Origin: Botryllus schlosseri | Taxonomy: Eukaryota | DNA: 64,000 nt | Direction of reading: 5' to 3' | Assembly (NCBI GenBank): GCA_051294905.1 | Contig: CM119371.1 | Location: 744,001 to 808,000 of the forward strand | In this document: piece after piece, positions 38,038 through 51,350 of the stretch | Numbering within the stretch: the first letter of the stretch is position 1 | Layout of the letters: the number at the start of each line of letters is the position of its first letter | Notes under the pieces: generated by a model | Told to the model about the DNA's origin: nothing | Database searches by the model: none | The model's input: the letters and a program-made list of their open reading frames with translations, nothing else | Translations under genes and position numbers: made by a program

Positions 38038-41000
38038 TAAACTTCAAGTTTAAAGCATAGAGATCAAAAAGAGTATTTAATGAATTTATTTACAACAGCT
38101 ATTGAAGTCAATTAGACATCTATGGTCACTCAATACTAGATTTTTGAACTCTGATTGCATGTCATATGCAAATACCCTTAGTGAAGACTGCTAATGTTCG
38201 TGGCAGTGCTGGGATTTAGTCACTGCCTTCGAATCACAAGTCATCTCGAATCATTGCACATTTTGACTAGAGTCAAGTCAAGTCACTCGATTTTTGGAGG
38301 TGACCCGAGTCAAGTCACGAGTCATTTAAGTTGAAATTTCAAAGTACTAGATATGATTCAAATTCATTACTAGGGCGATTTTTTTGACACTTCAAAAGAA
38401 GTCAAATTTTGTTTTACATAATGAGTTTGATTTATTTAGCTGTTCTTGTGTAAATCACACTAGCATGTAATTTAGTTACTCCCGCCATTTACCGGCTTCA
38501 AAAATCTAGCGTTTTTCGGCTATAACTCTTTTTGTGTTCACAATAGGAAAAACTTTCTTCTTAAGACTGATAGAAACATGATGTTCTGGCAGCTTTCATG
38601 ACCCCATGACTAGTGGTTGTCGAGATGGGCAATTTCACCCCCTATCGCTCAGACATTGGGTAATACCGGCTGGAAAATAGAGGCAGTCCCCTAAAACCAA
38701 TTTTTATTGAAGTTTCAAGTCATTTTTCGGGACTTGAAAACCCCCTTTTTAGGATTTGAAAAAAAGTCATTTTCACTCCACCCTACAACGCATGCCTATT
38801 AACATTCCAACATTTAACGACAAATGACGATACATATTCTCACTTCTTCACCAAGTCTACCTACCTCTCATTCGAATTAAGTTCTGACACACGAAACAAT
38901 TGTCTGGCATATATCCAGATTGCTATAGAATCTTTTGTCAAATTGTTCGCGTTAAATAAACCAAATAAAATGCAAGGCTGAAATAACTGAATAATATTTA
39001 TTTCAAATCGATTCTATACATTTCATAACAAGAAAACGCAGCCCAATACAACATAAAATCACGGAAATTTCAGCCACTACTCTCTGAGTCTAAGATGCAG
39101 ATACTGATTAGCAGTCATTAACAATACTCTTGAGTTATAAAGAGTTGCGAATAATGTCAGTATAATTGCAAATTAGTCACAATGGACGGTAAGCGTAATT
39201 TATAGAATGTCAAGTAGCAAATCATAATATCTCAGTGAAAAGGGTACATTGAATCACATCCATAAGATTATCTGAAATTTCGATTGTTATGGATTAACAA
39301 TTTGCCTCTTTTTCTGTTAACTATGGTGTATAAAGTCATTTAGAAGGAATTAATCACATATCAATAATAAACGAGGTCATCAAGAGAAATGAGCCAATTA
39401 TATTATGCTCGAAGCAATTAGAAACGCCAAGGTAGCAGAAAACTTGGTCATTGTTCAAAGAAGCAAGATAAATCGTTGGCTCGAAGTACAGCGACCGTCA
39501 TTCTACAGAATAATATGAAGGCCTTGAAATATTTTGGTAATGAAAGTTTTTAAACTCGGTAAGTATACCTTTCCACACACTCCAGAAGTCAACTGTACTA
39601 AAGATATAGAGAAATATCACTAGATCATGATGGAGCATGGAGAATCCTACATAATTGACATTACAATGGATTTCATATACTACACTACATTCATTTTCGA
39701 CAAAATTTTTAATTTTATATTTTTTGGGGGTTTTGTGAAGTATTTAATTTCTATCATAATCCATCACACAAAACGTAAAGACAGTACACAGTACACACTG
39801 CACAGTACACATCTAACAATATAACACTTTTATCGTTTTTCCATATATATGATTTTTAAGTAATTTTTATTATAATCAATTATTTTTATGTAATTTTTAT
39901 TATAATCAATTATTTTATAGGTGTAGGACGATGGTATATATTTATTTTATCCCGGAATCGATCCTAACTTGCGAGTAAATCCTTATAATAGCAAACAATT
40001 CAACAGGATAACGGCTTGAACTCTACTGTAGTCAAACAACCTTCGCATTCAAATCCATTCAACCAGTAATTTGTGCCGCAGAGCATTCCTCTTCGGAAAT
40101 ATGTAGGTTCGACGTGACATTTATGGCATTACCATTGTTTTCGTCGATTTGTGAAGATTTATGCAACTGTTTTGATTACTTAATTGTAAAATGCATATTA
40201 GAAATAGTTTCATGAAATTGCATCGATTGAACATGAAATAGTCAGTTTGAATTCTGAAACGAATAGCAGTAATTCTGCTCTACACGTCTCAATTTTGTTG
40301 ATGACGATTGGCTCTTCTGTGACACGAGTTACAATGTTGCATCTAATGCCTTTTCACCCACTCCCTGAAAAATAAATACCTCCGAATAAATCACTATCCC
40401 AGTTAATCAATTACGTCAGCAAACTATTCGGACTATTTGCAGAAAATTAACTGTTTGCACGGGTATGTCATAACAATGCACAAAATAGAATTCGACTGGC
40501 TGTAGAATACCTGGGTTCAAAGTCGGATGCCTCGTAGGGATTGAATCTACAGGACGATTCGGCATTTAAATTTTCGCGAGACGATTCTCCCGTATCGTCG
40601 GCACACAATCCAATATACGGTAACATATTTAGTCAGTACACGAATTTCATGAAAATAAACTTGCAGACAACACGTCGTATCGCGGGAGCAGTATTGGGTG
40701 GGACAGTGTACTTGCTAGAGGACTTTGTTAACAGTTAACATTTCGATGAGAGAAATTGCAGTGCAGTTAACAATATCGAGTATCAATGACAATCGAAAAG
40801 TATCTATCGGCTTGTTTTATGGAAAGTCTAAAATATAGGTGACGATAAGCGTACTTCTGTCAGATTTTGATAATTAGATAAATTCTAATTGTCTTATTAG
40901 ACTAATTAGAGCAAATGCCGGTAATCTGACTTGAATCTATTTTGTGAAATGATTCTCTTCACTAATTCTAATCTAATTGGTGAAAAAATTTTCTCGTTTT

Positions 41001-41587
41001 AATTCAAACCCTATCTCTGGTTTTCCAGTAAATACTACTGAGAGAATTGTATAGTGCAAAGCGAGCAAAGCTTGTTGTACAGAGTTTTGATGTTATCATG
41101 CTCATAAAAATGAACCATGATTTGATAATAACGGAACTGGATTCAACGACCTAATTTTTGCGTCTTCAGTAGGCCTAATTCTAATTCCAATCTGATTTGG
41201 AAAAATGTATCGCCATAAATATAGTTTTTGAGTATTTTGAAAAAAGTAACGAGATGATCAAATTCTACTATAGTTTGGAAAAAACTGTGTAGCGTCAATT
41301 CTAATTCTACTGTATGTTGGAAGAAATTGTAACTGTAATTCTAGTTCTAAGCTAATTTACAAAAGTAGGAAATCTTCTAAATGACCGAGTCTAACTTAAA
41401 ATTAATCTCAAATCTTGTCGATTTGCGGCACTACTCTTGATCACCTTTATTTCAAGGCGATAGATGGGTATGGAAAATTTGTAAGTTGTCATTTGCAATT
41501 ACCTAAGAAAAGTATTCGAAAACCCGTCCCTGTAATAATATTCGAAATTCACATGCTCTAGTACTTTTCAAAGCTTCATTTACACAC

Positions 41588-41910
41588 CAACGGTTATCAA
41601 CCTTTTTTAGCCACGCCCCCTTTATGATAGTGAAAAATCTCGCGCCCCCTTATCGTCATATCACGGAATCCAACCGGGATGCTCATGCTAGCAACTTTAA
41701 CGGATTTACTGGTGGGTGGCATGGAAGGATATGACTGTTTATGAGAGAATTAAAAAATAGGAAATTCGGTCCATATATAGAGAAACGCTTGTAAATTTGA
41801 GGTTAATCGTGCATAGCGGGAAATTTTTCCAATTGACCGCTTCTTCGCGCCCCCTTCAGATACTTTCACGCCCACCAAAGGGGGCCCGTCCCCCAGGATG
41901 AGAACCATTG
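41588..41910. mobile_element. Short degenerate hAT MITE
   Basis: Ends CAACGGTTATCAACC / GGATGAGAACCATTG; ATTTACAC occurs near both flanks. Confidence 0.6.
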
Positions 41911-44900
41911 ATTTACACTATTGACACAGGCTCCCGATTAAAAAAAATGTGCAGGACCGCTCCAACTTCTGTTCGAGTATATCGATAGTTACTATGAAAT
42001 TGATGCAACTAAATACTACGACCATTGACTCTATTTATTTCACATCAAGCAGCTTAACAATCTAGACGTATTGATTGTTGACCTATGTCGTGTTGACATA
42101 TAAATTTTTCGAGTATCTCATCAAATCTCTCGCTTTCTAATATAGCAAATATTTCTCCCAAGAAAATGATATCGGCCTGGTCTGATTGAAACAAGTAATC
42201 ATGCATTGAAGTGACGCATTACTGCCGAAGATCAACTTTACTATTGCTCATTACTTGAGATGGTCAGTAACCAAGTACTTCTACTTTTTTAAAGTACAAA
42301 AGTACGTGTTTCCCACTTTTACTACTTACTGAAGCATTTACAATACTGATTACTTTTATTTCTACTTCACAATTTTCATTTTTTTACCAAAACAAGGAAT
42401 GATGTGATAAGTTTGTTGCGACTCGATCTAAAATGATGTATGGCGACGCTGTTACATTATTGCAGGAAAAGCAAAGATTTTTTTTTGATCAAAGATACAT
42501 GTTGTCTACCGCGTGTCATCGTTATGACGTCACTTTCCGACATCACAATAAATATTATTGTATAATAATTTGAATATTACACAGAGCGTGCCACAATATT
42601 TCTAGGATGTTTATGAAACCGGATGTGCATGAAAATGGATGGACGTTGTAATGGAAGGACAAATCTCAACTTTCATTTTGGAACAGTCAGACTTCGCAAC
42701 ATCTACTCACCTATCATAAAAATTGTAGTCGAGTCTCTGCAAGGCATCTTTAACAATGAAGAAAGGTGGCACTAAAATGAAAAAGAATATACAGATACAA
42801 GATATTTGTTAGTAAAAGATGTATGCATCCTATGAATTGTGCTCTGTTGCTGAAACAATCATCTGGCTTGAAGATAGTTGATATAATATAGAATGTATAG
42901 AGAAGAATATATCGTAATTAGGCGTACTGAACCAGCGCTTGTCTACTATTTTAAATCCGGATCCTATTCCAGATGATCCATTCAAATCTAAGTACAAATC
43001 CCTATTTAATTTTGTATCGCGTCCATATCCAAGTCCAATCCAGTAATGGTGGAGACTTGATTAAAAAGTCGCATGGAAATGAAAAGTTACGAGAATTTCA
43101 TGTCAAAGTACAGATGCAAATACATCTTCGAATGGATCATAAATAAACATCAAAAGCCAGGTACAAGAGACGCGTGACCTTAATACCATAGATATGCATA
43201 ATCAAAATCGCTATATTATTTGTTCTAGTTTCCGTTCAAAAGCGGTGGCTTTCGAAGGGAAGGTTGCTGCGGCCAAAATGTTTTTCACATTCTCCACTTT
43301 CATTTCATGCAATATTATATTTAGAGCGCATTGTGGTTTTAATGTGTTATAGTTATGTCAGTTGGCAGTGAAATAAGAAATCACACCCAATATAATGCCG
43401 CGACATTACAATGCATATTACATATATCTAATCCAATTAGATACGGGAATGAGTGAAAGTAACTCTTATCCATTTGTAAAACATTCCCTGCAATATGCAG
43501 CTAATTATTTACGTATTGTCAATCGATTCAAATCACTAAACTTATATTCGATTTATATTCGCACCGGTTCCACGTTCTGTGAGATACTTTCACAGAACGA
43601 ATATGAAATTCGTTTTCGTATCAAGGGTAAATCGGAAGAAGTAATCCCGAATGTTATTTTAAGACAAGACGATTTCGGAATTAATGCAATTTTGTTGATT
43701 ATAATTCAGTTCTATGTAAAAGATGGAACAATGCACATGAATGATGAAATGGTTCGTATCAACGCCAATATAAAAAGTGGGATGCTGTATGACATAAAAC
43801 CACGATTCCTGCGGAGAGTTGTTCATTAACGTAGTAACTGTACTTTGTCAGACTACTCAAGTAGTGCTGTCTACTCGTATCGCTTAATCAAGGGGTTGTC
43901 ATTTTGGACTACTTCTGTTTCTACTTTTTGTCACAGTTGTTAGTCAAAACTACTTACTTCATACAATATTGACTTTGACAAGTATCAAGCTGTTCCTAGC
44001 TGTGTATTCGTCATCGTTTTCAGTGAAATTTTTATGGGAGGCGCTTTAAATAGCCATGTATCACGGTGACTGCATGAACGTATTTTCAAAGATTCCACTC
44101 ACTTACAGTGTCTTTAATCTTTTTGCATTATCCGCGAAGACATATCTTGCAATTTGGAAAGTAGATATCTCCTATAAACTGCTAAACGTATGCGGCCCGT
44201 AGACCAAATCTACTTTTTAAAACAACGTATTTCACTACATTTCAGACTAATAGATTTTCTACTCCCACCTCGAGTCAATTTGTGATTTGTTGAAAATTGC
44301 TACTTTTACTTGTATATCGGCAGCAGCTTACGGTGCTATTTATCGTTCTCCACGAGTCTTAACTCCGACTACTTTGACTACATCTAATCATTCATGAACT
44401 CGTGTTAGCAACTCTCAGAACCAATCGGAGTCTGCTTGGACACCAGATGTCGTAAATAATCTGGATGAAGTATTAAATTTGTTTCAAAGTTATATAAGTA
44501 TATGAAAGTGATTTACAAGTTTGTTTGACTTATCGTCCCCTTATCAAGCTCGATATATCTTTATCACACCCCATAACGGTAGAAGTACTATCAGCAGCGA
44601 AGTACTTGTGCTTTTCTGTAATAGTTATTATTATATACTGGTTTCGCTTACTCAAGTAGTTTTGTTCGTATACTGCCTCTACGTCAACAATTTTTATATG
44701 GTGAATACTAATTTTTGCAGACTTGACATTGTCAAGTAAAAGTAGATTTTGACACACTTTAACGTTGCCTTGCTTAGAAATTGATATGCAAGCTCACAAT
44801 CAACAACGTGTGAGAGATTATGCCTGAATTCCCACAACAATTATTCGTATTAAGGATGGGATATCGGATGAAACTAAAAGTCATGAATACCATGCAGTAT

Positions 44901-45077
44901 CACATAACCCTGATAACGACACAATGTCAAGCATATAACTAAAGCCTCATGATTTCTAGCGTTAGTAACGTATTGGACCTGTTGCGTGAACGGACCATTT
45001 CATTCAAAGTGATTGCGCCCATGTAATATACCCAATAAAACGTATCTAAGATACGATGCAACCAAACAATGACTCAC

Positions 45078-45267
45078 TTTTTAAAACTTCCAACTCAGTA
45101 TTGACATCATCTGCTATCTTCTGGACTTTCTGCAATTCGTCTCCTTGCAACATATCGTGTCCCCACCCGTATATGAATGTTACTTTCTTCAAGTAGGAGT
45201 TGTTGACGAGAGACGAAATATCATGGAGTGAAGCAGGATACCGTAATATGCATCGAATATATTCGAT
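45078..45267 (-). CDS. Candidate host exon IEYIRCILRYPASLHDISSLVNNSYLKKVTFIYGWGHDMLQGDELQKVQKIADDVNTELEVLK
   Basis: Strong acceptor tttgtcactgcAG and donor GTGAGT; only one frame is open (63 codons plus 1 nt). DISSLxNxxxLKKV is weakly LRR-like. Confidence 0.6.
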
Positions 45268-45715
45268 CTGCAGTGACAAATTATGACTAATAATATTGTG
45301 TATTACAATGATGCTTACCACTATTGTTGACCATTTCACCAGGGACCATCATGTATTACAATATACTTTGAATCACAAGTTTGGACTGTTTAGTCTGCCC
45401 CACTAGGCGATTCTGAAAAAATGGCCGTATTACCCGGCGCATTTCTAATACATGTTGAAATTTCTAGTTGGAATCATTTCCATTCTCTCATGACAGAAAA
45501 TGTCGAGCATTTTCGGTTCAGGTCAAATTATAACCATACGACCGTGTTGTTGAGGTTACACTGTAGTCACCATCAGCAACAAGTCACTGCCATTGACACT
45601 AATTACCATATGTCCTCTTTTCTGACTTTTTTGAAAGTGTTCTAGGAGCACTAGGGGTGTTTAAAAAATACTTTTTTTTAATTTCATCGGCTTAGTTGTC
45701 AAATCATCAGGTTAC

Positions 45716-46142
45716 CTAAAAAACGTTGCACACCAAATTTGACTCAATTCCAAACAGTGGAAGCCGTGGTCACAAAAATTGAAATTTCGGTCATTTTTGA
45801 AATAATAGTATTTACGGTGACCAATTTCGTTACACCGACATGACCAAAAATCGTATTCCAGGTACGCCGGGAGTGGCAGTGATGTCTTTTTGACTTTTTT
45901 TGATCTTGATACGGGCCTACGGCGGGGTTTGGATGAAGACATCGCCAGTAAACGAAAAAAATATATGACACAGACTACCTGGAAATTGGTCCACTTCATT
46001 GAAATAGACATGTCAAAACGATGATGAGATAATTTTCAAATAGAGTAGACCTACTACTATACACCCACCGAAATTAACAACCACGAAAAGAAAATGAACT
46101 GACAAGCAGGCAGAATCCAGGAAAATATATTTCTCAAGTGAT
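45716..46142. repeat. Left arm of a dispersed-repeat inverted pair; the right arm is 46764-46892 plus 54773-55066, split by the BEL insertion
   Basis: The reverse complement of 45990-46050 reads ...CATCGTTTTGACATGTCTATTTCAATGAAGTGG..., which is the reconstructed empty BEL site. Confidence 0.85.
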
Positions 46143-46892
46143 CTATATTCTTGGTCGGTCCAATGTAAATTTCTTCACGATACAATTTGATATTATATGA
46201 TATTTTATTATTTGCCCTGCACCACTCCTAAAGTACTATCAGAGGCTTATTATGAGACTTATGGTCATTGTGACAGATCTTCTTCCCATCAAAAGTTATC
46301 GTCCTTTATTCATGTCATCCTCTCTCCATATTCGATTACTATGATCTAATTGTATCCATATATCGTGGTAAAACACCAATGCCTTTATAACTATATGACA
46401 AGGGGGTCCTGGTGATATTGAAAGACCAGAAAATGACTAATGTGCTTCATAAGCTCACTGGTTTACCATTTGGTTTCCCCGAATCTCGCATATGTGAAGT
46501 ATCAGAAATGTTTTTCAAATCATAAATACTATTCAGTGGCATAGCCCATTCTGAATTGCAATCAGTACCATTTTCAGCATCCTGGATCAGTCAATGTCAA
46601 GCAGCAGAGAAATATTCGAACACTGAGCTGCAGAGGAATGCAACAGATGTCTCTGTGGATGAGGTTTTGGGAACTTTGCAATCAGTAAAATATGCCAGGC
46701 TTAACTGGGATAGATTTCGTCAAACCTAAATTTGTCTGAGAAAAAATACTTCTAGATATGACTATCACTTGAGAAATATATATACCTACCTGTATTTTAC
46801 TTGCTTGTCAATTCATTTTCTTTTCGTGGTCGTTAATATTAGTGTGTTGAGTACTCTATTTGAAAATTTTCTCCCCATCGTTTTAACATGTC

Positions 46893-47277
46893 TGTCCTTG
46901 TTGACAACGTGATCAGTTCTGCACAAGAACTGGTACAACTCGTCGGCGAGTTGGACTGGGCTATTCACTGCGAGTATGCCTGACTTCGTAGTATTAATAA
47001 CTGACTGCCAAGTCCAGACACAATAGATCCCCGATGTGTGTATTACAGAATGACGTACGATGAATCCAGACTATAGCATAACGTTAAAAATTACGTTGGC
47101 AAATACTCTAAAATATGAGATCACAATAATGACAGTTAGAATCAAGAACAACAAAGGACCCTGTTTACAATGCGGCGACTATGGAAAGACTGAGCATGTG
47201 CTACTACACTTGCCCTCATGCGGCGAGGCGGTCATGTGTGACGTTATCATAGATACAGTCTGAAAACCAACTTGACA
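46893..47277 (-). repeat. 3' LTR of the BEL element
   Basis: 385 bp, 7 mismatches versus the 5' LTR. Confidence 0.97.
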
Positions 47278-47289
47278 TGGCCGCCCCCG
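47278..47289 (-). promoter_or_regulatory. Polypurine-tract-like site (CGGGGGCGGCCA) abutting the 3' LTR
   Basis: G-rich run immediately upstream of TGTCAAG in element orientation, as in BEL elements. Confidence 0.65.
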
Positions 47290-47516
47290 TGGCGAAACAT
47301 AATTGCAAAAGGCAGTTATCGTTGAGACACAGGAATAAATGAAGGAATGGAGGTTTTCAGATTATGAAGACAATCGGGGAGTGAAGAATTATACAAACCA
47401 GAAACAATGTACAGAAAGCTAATATAGCATCAGCAAGCGAAGGCAATGTACAGAATGTGCATCATGAGTAAATGCGATGCAAATTGGCAAGAAGAAGAAA
47501 GCATGCAATATGAAAA

Positions 47517-49067
47517 TTATTCCAGTTCAAGACGACACAATTTGTGGATGTCGCGGCTATAAGTACCAATGGGCGTACGTACGGTAACTTTACGCACCAA
47601 TCCGTGCTGATCAGGGAAAACCTCCTCAACAATAGCCTTGGGCCATTTGCCGCGGGCCGCATTTGAGTCGGACATGAGAACTACATCTCCTACTTTGAAG
47701 TTAGGTGTTTGGTCAAGCCACTTGGAGCGAGATTGCAACAACGGTAGGTACTCTTTTAACCACCTTTCCCAAAAGAGATCGAGTTTGCGCTGGACACAAC
47801 GCCAATTTTTGGAATAGTCATCTGCTTTACAGAATTTGTGAGTTGGGACAGAGGGGATAAGCCTTCCGAGAATTATTGAATTGGGAGTCAGACACGGTAA
47901 ATCGCCTGTGTCATCGGAAAGTGGCGTCAATGACCTATCGTTTAAAAAACGGGCGACTCCATAAAACAGTGCAGATAATGTGTTATCGTGAAATATTGCA
48001 TTGTGATCCAGAGCATAAAGAACACGTTTGCACAAGGCTACCACTCGCTCGACGCAGCCATTGAACTGCGGGGCGAGACTGGGTGAAAAGTGCCATTGGA
48101 TGCCTCTGTCGGCTAGGGACGAGGCCACTTGCTTTGAGTTTAGATTATCGACAGCCTTCGCAAGTTCTTTTTGCGCACCAACAAAGGTTGTAGCGTTGTC
48201 GCTGAAAATGTGGGCTGGCCTGCCCCGGATGTCACAGAATTTGAAAAATGCCATCAGAAAGGCTGATGTTTCTAGGGATTTGACCACTTCTAAGTGGACA
48301 GCACGAGTACATAGGAAGGTGAATACGCAGCCGTAGCGCTTGAGCTCGGTACGATTGCGTCTGCAGGACAACGGACCAAAATAATCAACCATTGTGTAAT
48401 TGAAAACATTTTTGTGTGGCGTGAGGCGGTAATGCGGGAGGTCGGCCATGTATTGGGAGCCTAGAGTCGCTTGGCGACATTGACAGAATATACATTTGTT
48501 GAGCACTTTGCGAATGGAAGTCTGGCCTCTCATGATCCAGAATTTTTCTCGAATTAGGGACAGAACTTGTAGCGTGCCACAATGGCCATTCGTGACATGG
48601 TAGTGGCGGATGATCAAGCGAGTGACATGGTGCCCGGAAGGCAATATCATAGGATTTTTTGCATCCTCCGGGAACTGAGAGCGATTTAGTCGGCCTTTTA
48701 CACGCATAACCCCATTTGATACGTACGGTATCAAGTTAGCCAAAGAATTGGGAACAAGCTTTTTGTTAACGAGAAACTGATCGGTGGCGCGTGCGTTGTC
48801 ATGAAACGGTTTGGTGGCACCAGGGAACGAATCGCTTTGCACGAGCCTATTAATTTCTCTTGTCGCTTCCTCCAGCTCATCGACGGTGAGGAAACCGGTG
48901 CGCGGTGCAAGCAGCGGGTCGCCAGACGGGCCTTTTGTCTTCTTGCGCAGCACAGAACGTAGTCGTAAGATCCAGGCGGTCGAGCGGACGAGTTTCGTGA
49001 AAGAGGAGAAACTGTTCAGGTAGTCGTTAAGCGATCTCGTTGTAGGTGTTACGTCTATCGAAAACAC
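47517..49067 (-). CDS. BEL pol C-terminal part: integrase
   Basis: HCGT...CIFC zinc motif, MADLPxxR, DYFGP, AVHLE, SDNATTF, NGCVER, WLKEYL and a C-terminal VGDVVL..GLVRKVTV. In frame with the RT ORF across a TAG at 49134-49136 (GPDF*LQPADSWP). Confidence 0.95.
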   Translation of the reverse strand: MFSIDVTPTTRSLNDYLNSFSSFTKLVRSTAWILRLRSVLRKKTKGPSGDPLLAPRTGFLTVDELEEATREINRLVQSDSFPGATKPFHDNARATDQFLVNKKLVPNSLANLIPYVSNGVMRVKGRLNRSQFPEDAKNPMILPSGHHVTRLIIRHYHVTNGHCGTLQVLSLIREKFWIMRGQTSIRKVLNKCIFCQCRQATLGSQYMADLPHYRLTPHKNVFNYTMVDYFGPLSCRRNRTELKRYGCVFTFLCTRAVHLEVVKSLETSAFLMAFFKFCDIRGRPAHIFSDNATTFVGAQKELAKAVDNLNSKQVASSLADRGIQWHFSPSLAPQFNGCVERVVALCKRVLYALDHNAIFHDNTLSALFYGVARFLNDRSLTPLSDDTGDLPCLTPNSIILGRLIPSVPTHKFCKADDYSKNWRCVQRKLDLFWERWLKEYLPLLQSRSKWLDQTPNFKVGDVVLMSDSNAARGKWPKAIVEEVFPDQHGLVRKVTVRTPIGTYSRDIHKLCRLELE

Positions 49068-49133
49068 TGGTTCGATTTTTGTTGCGGAACGGTGAGCTTT
49101 GTTGTGTCCAGGCCATGAGTCTGCAGGCTGGAG

Positions 49134-51350
49134 CTAGAAGTCGGGCCCCTCGAACCACATTCTTGCGAGCTGCCAACGATGGGGCATTACGCCACGTGAG
49201 CCAGTATCTGCTGGATTGTTGGCGGAGGCAACATGCTGCCATTGCTCGACTCGCGACAGAGCACGAATCTTGAGTAGTCGTTGATGTACAAAAGTTTCGA
49301 ATCGGGCCGAAGTGCTCCTGATGCTTTGGAGCACTGAGGTACTGTCGGTCCAGTAGTGAACAGTGTCGATATTGTAGTCAACATCTTTTATAACGTCTCG
49401 GGCGAGCTTGATGAAGGTTACGGCAGCCGTGAGTTCCAGTCTGGGAATGCTGGGAGCATTCTGCGGCACGACCCTGGAGATGCCTCTGACAAATGATATG
49501 TGGACGTTGCCGTCAGAGTCCTCGAAACGAAAATAGAAACAGGCTGCATAGCCGGATTTACTAGCATCGGCAAAAGCGTGTAGTTGAATGTTCACGGGCG
49601 AGAATCCTGGTGGTTTATAACACCTGGGAAATGAAAGCTTTTCGAGTTCCGGAAGCGAATTGACCCATTTGGTCCACTTCGCACTGAAACTCTCGTCGAT
49701 CGGTGTGTCCCAAGCTAGGTCGAGACGAGAAATTTCCTGTAGAAGTGCCCTTGCTGGTAACAGGAACGGGCTCAGGTATCCGAAAGGAGTATAGATCTGA
49801 GCGATTTGACTTGCGATGCCTCTGCGAGTGAAAGGCTTAGGTACGATGTTAGTGCGTGCACGGAGTGTGTCTTCATTCATGTTCCAGATAACACCCAACG
49901 TTCGCTCGTTATCTGAATTTGCGAAGTCGAGATCAACGAGATTGGAAGTGCGGGCTTCTCCGGGAATCCGGGACATAATCGCAGAACTACCGCTGGCAAA
50001 TTTCGTCAGATTGAATCCGTAATGTGCGAAAAGCGTTCGCAGTTCTTCGACGATCTTGATAGAGGTCTCGAGATCATCTGATGAATGGAGTATGTCATCG
50101 ACATACGTGTTCCGCAGGATACAGTCGAGAGTAGGCTTGGCGGCGTTCGTGCCGTTTTGCAAGACTATTTTTCGTAGGCAGAATTGAGCAACACATGGAG
50201 AGGACGTGCTTCCGAATACGTGAGATGTCATCTGGTAATCGGTTGCTCTACCGTCTAGTTTGCTGTCAGCGAACCAGAGGAATCGCAAGCTATCCGCGTC
50301 TTCTGGATAGGTTTGTATTCTTGAGAACATCTGAGCGAGGTCTGCAACCCAAGGGTGCCTGCCCATACGGAAACGGCATAGGACCCCGATGAGAGAAGAA
50401 TTCACGTCAGGGCCACTGAGCAGTTGGCTATTTAGACTGGTACGGGAGAATTTGCGACTTGCGTCGAAGACTATTCGCATCTTTTGTTGCCGGGTGTGAA
50501 AATGGACGAGGTAGAACGTTCGCTCAGAGGAAGGCAGCAATTCTGGCGGAACAACTTGAGCGTACCCTCGAGATAGATACTCGTCGATTTTTTCCTTGTA
50601 CTTTCGAAAGAACTCGGGATCTTTCGCGAATTTCAAGCGCTGGGATTCGAGCGATTTCTCAGCGGCTGCTCTGTTGTACGGGAGCTTCACGTCTTTCGTC
50701 CGCCACGGAAGGCCTACCTGGAAACGACCGTTCAGTATGCGTGCCGTATTTTTCATCAAGGCGAGCGCGCGCTCATCGTCGATCGAATGTTGAGATTCGT
50801 AGGGGTCAACCCAAATATCCGAAAAATCAGCGTTACAGCTAGAACACAATGGCAATGTACGCGAATCGAGATGCTTAGAAATGCGTGTATCAACGTGTAC
50901 GAAATTAATATCGATAAAATTGGCACTATTAGGCTCGGAAACGGAGCTCGCCATGGTATAATCTGAACCCCCAAGACACCAACCAAAGACCGAGAGCTCG
51001 GCCCCCGGCAAGCCGTTCTGAGGCTTGATAACTTCAGTGCTGGGGTAGCGCATTAGGAAATCTTTCCCAATGACCAAGTCGACATCATTTGTGTCGGCAA
51101 CCGGTATATTAATGTGGCTGAGGTGAGTGCATTTAGAAATGGTATCAACATTTGGAGAGTGATTGAACACATCAGGAAAGTGGGGAGAGGCAAGCACATC
51201 AGGTATATCAATCACCGTGCTCTGATAAAGGCCTCGGACGGAAAGAGCCACCACTTCTACCTCCCCCTCGGCGGTGCCCGTAGCTGTCTTGGTTCGACAA
51301 GCAATACGATCACCATGTAGATTCAATTTTTGCGCAGGCGCTCTGTGCAC
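49134..51350 (-). CDS. BEL pol: protease C-terminal part, reverse transcriptase and RNase H
   Basis: RIVFDAS, ADLAQMF, FGSTSSP, YVDD; HAFADAS, IPRLEL, WTDS, NNPAD. Confidence 0.95.
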   Translation of the reverse strand: MHRAPAQKLNLHGDRIACRTKTATGTAEGEVEVVALSVRGLYQSTVIDIPDVLASPHFPDVFNHSPNVDTISKCTHLSHINIPVADTNDVDLVIGKDFLMRYPSTEVIKPQNGLPGAELSVFGWCLGGSDYTMASSVSEPNSANFIDINFVHVDTRISKHLDSRTLPLCSSCNADFSDIWVDPYESQHSIDDERALALMKNTARILNGRFQVGLPWRTKDVKLPYNRAAAEKSLESQRLKFAKDPEFFRKYKEKIDEYLSRGYAQVVPPELLPSSERTFYLVHFHTRQQKMRIVFDASRKFSRTSLNSQLLSGPDVNSSLIGVLCRFRMGRHPWVADLAQMFSRIQTYPEDADSLRFLWFADSKLDGRATDYQMTSHVFGSTSSPCVAQFCLRKIVLQNGTNAAKPTLDCILRNTYVDDILHSSDDLETSIKIVEELRTLFAHYGFNLTKFASGSSAIMSRIPGEARTSNLVDLDFANSDNERTLGVIWNMNEDTLRARTNIVPKPFTRRGIASQIAQIYTPFGYLSPFLLPARALLQEISRLDLAWDTPIDESFSAKWTKWVNSLPELEKLSFPRCYKPPGFSPVNIQLHAFADASKSGYAACFYFRFEDSDGNVHISFVRGISRVVPQNAPSIPRLELTAAVTFIKLARDVIKDVDYNIDTVHYWTDSTSVLQSIRSTSARFETFVHQRLLKIRALSRVEQWQHVASANNPADTGSRGVMPHRWQLARMWFEGPDF

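Noticed and set aside
43395-43829. 144-aa and 147-aa plus-strand ORFs (43395-43829, 61332-61775)
   Set aside because: No motifs and no convincing splice structure; consistent with chance or decayed TE interiors.
45712-46011. Similar ORFs at 45712-46011 and 54790-55065 as paralogous genes
   Set aside because: They are open frames within two copies of a non-coding dispersed repeat.
47278-47295. Plus-strand TGGCCGCCCC after the left LTR as a tRNA PBS
   Set aside because: All coding domains are on the minus strand, so this is the 3'-LTR side and reads as the PPT; I recognise no tRNA match.
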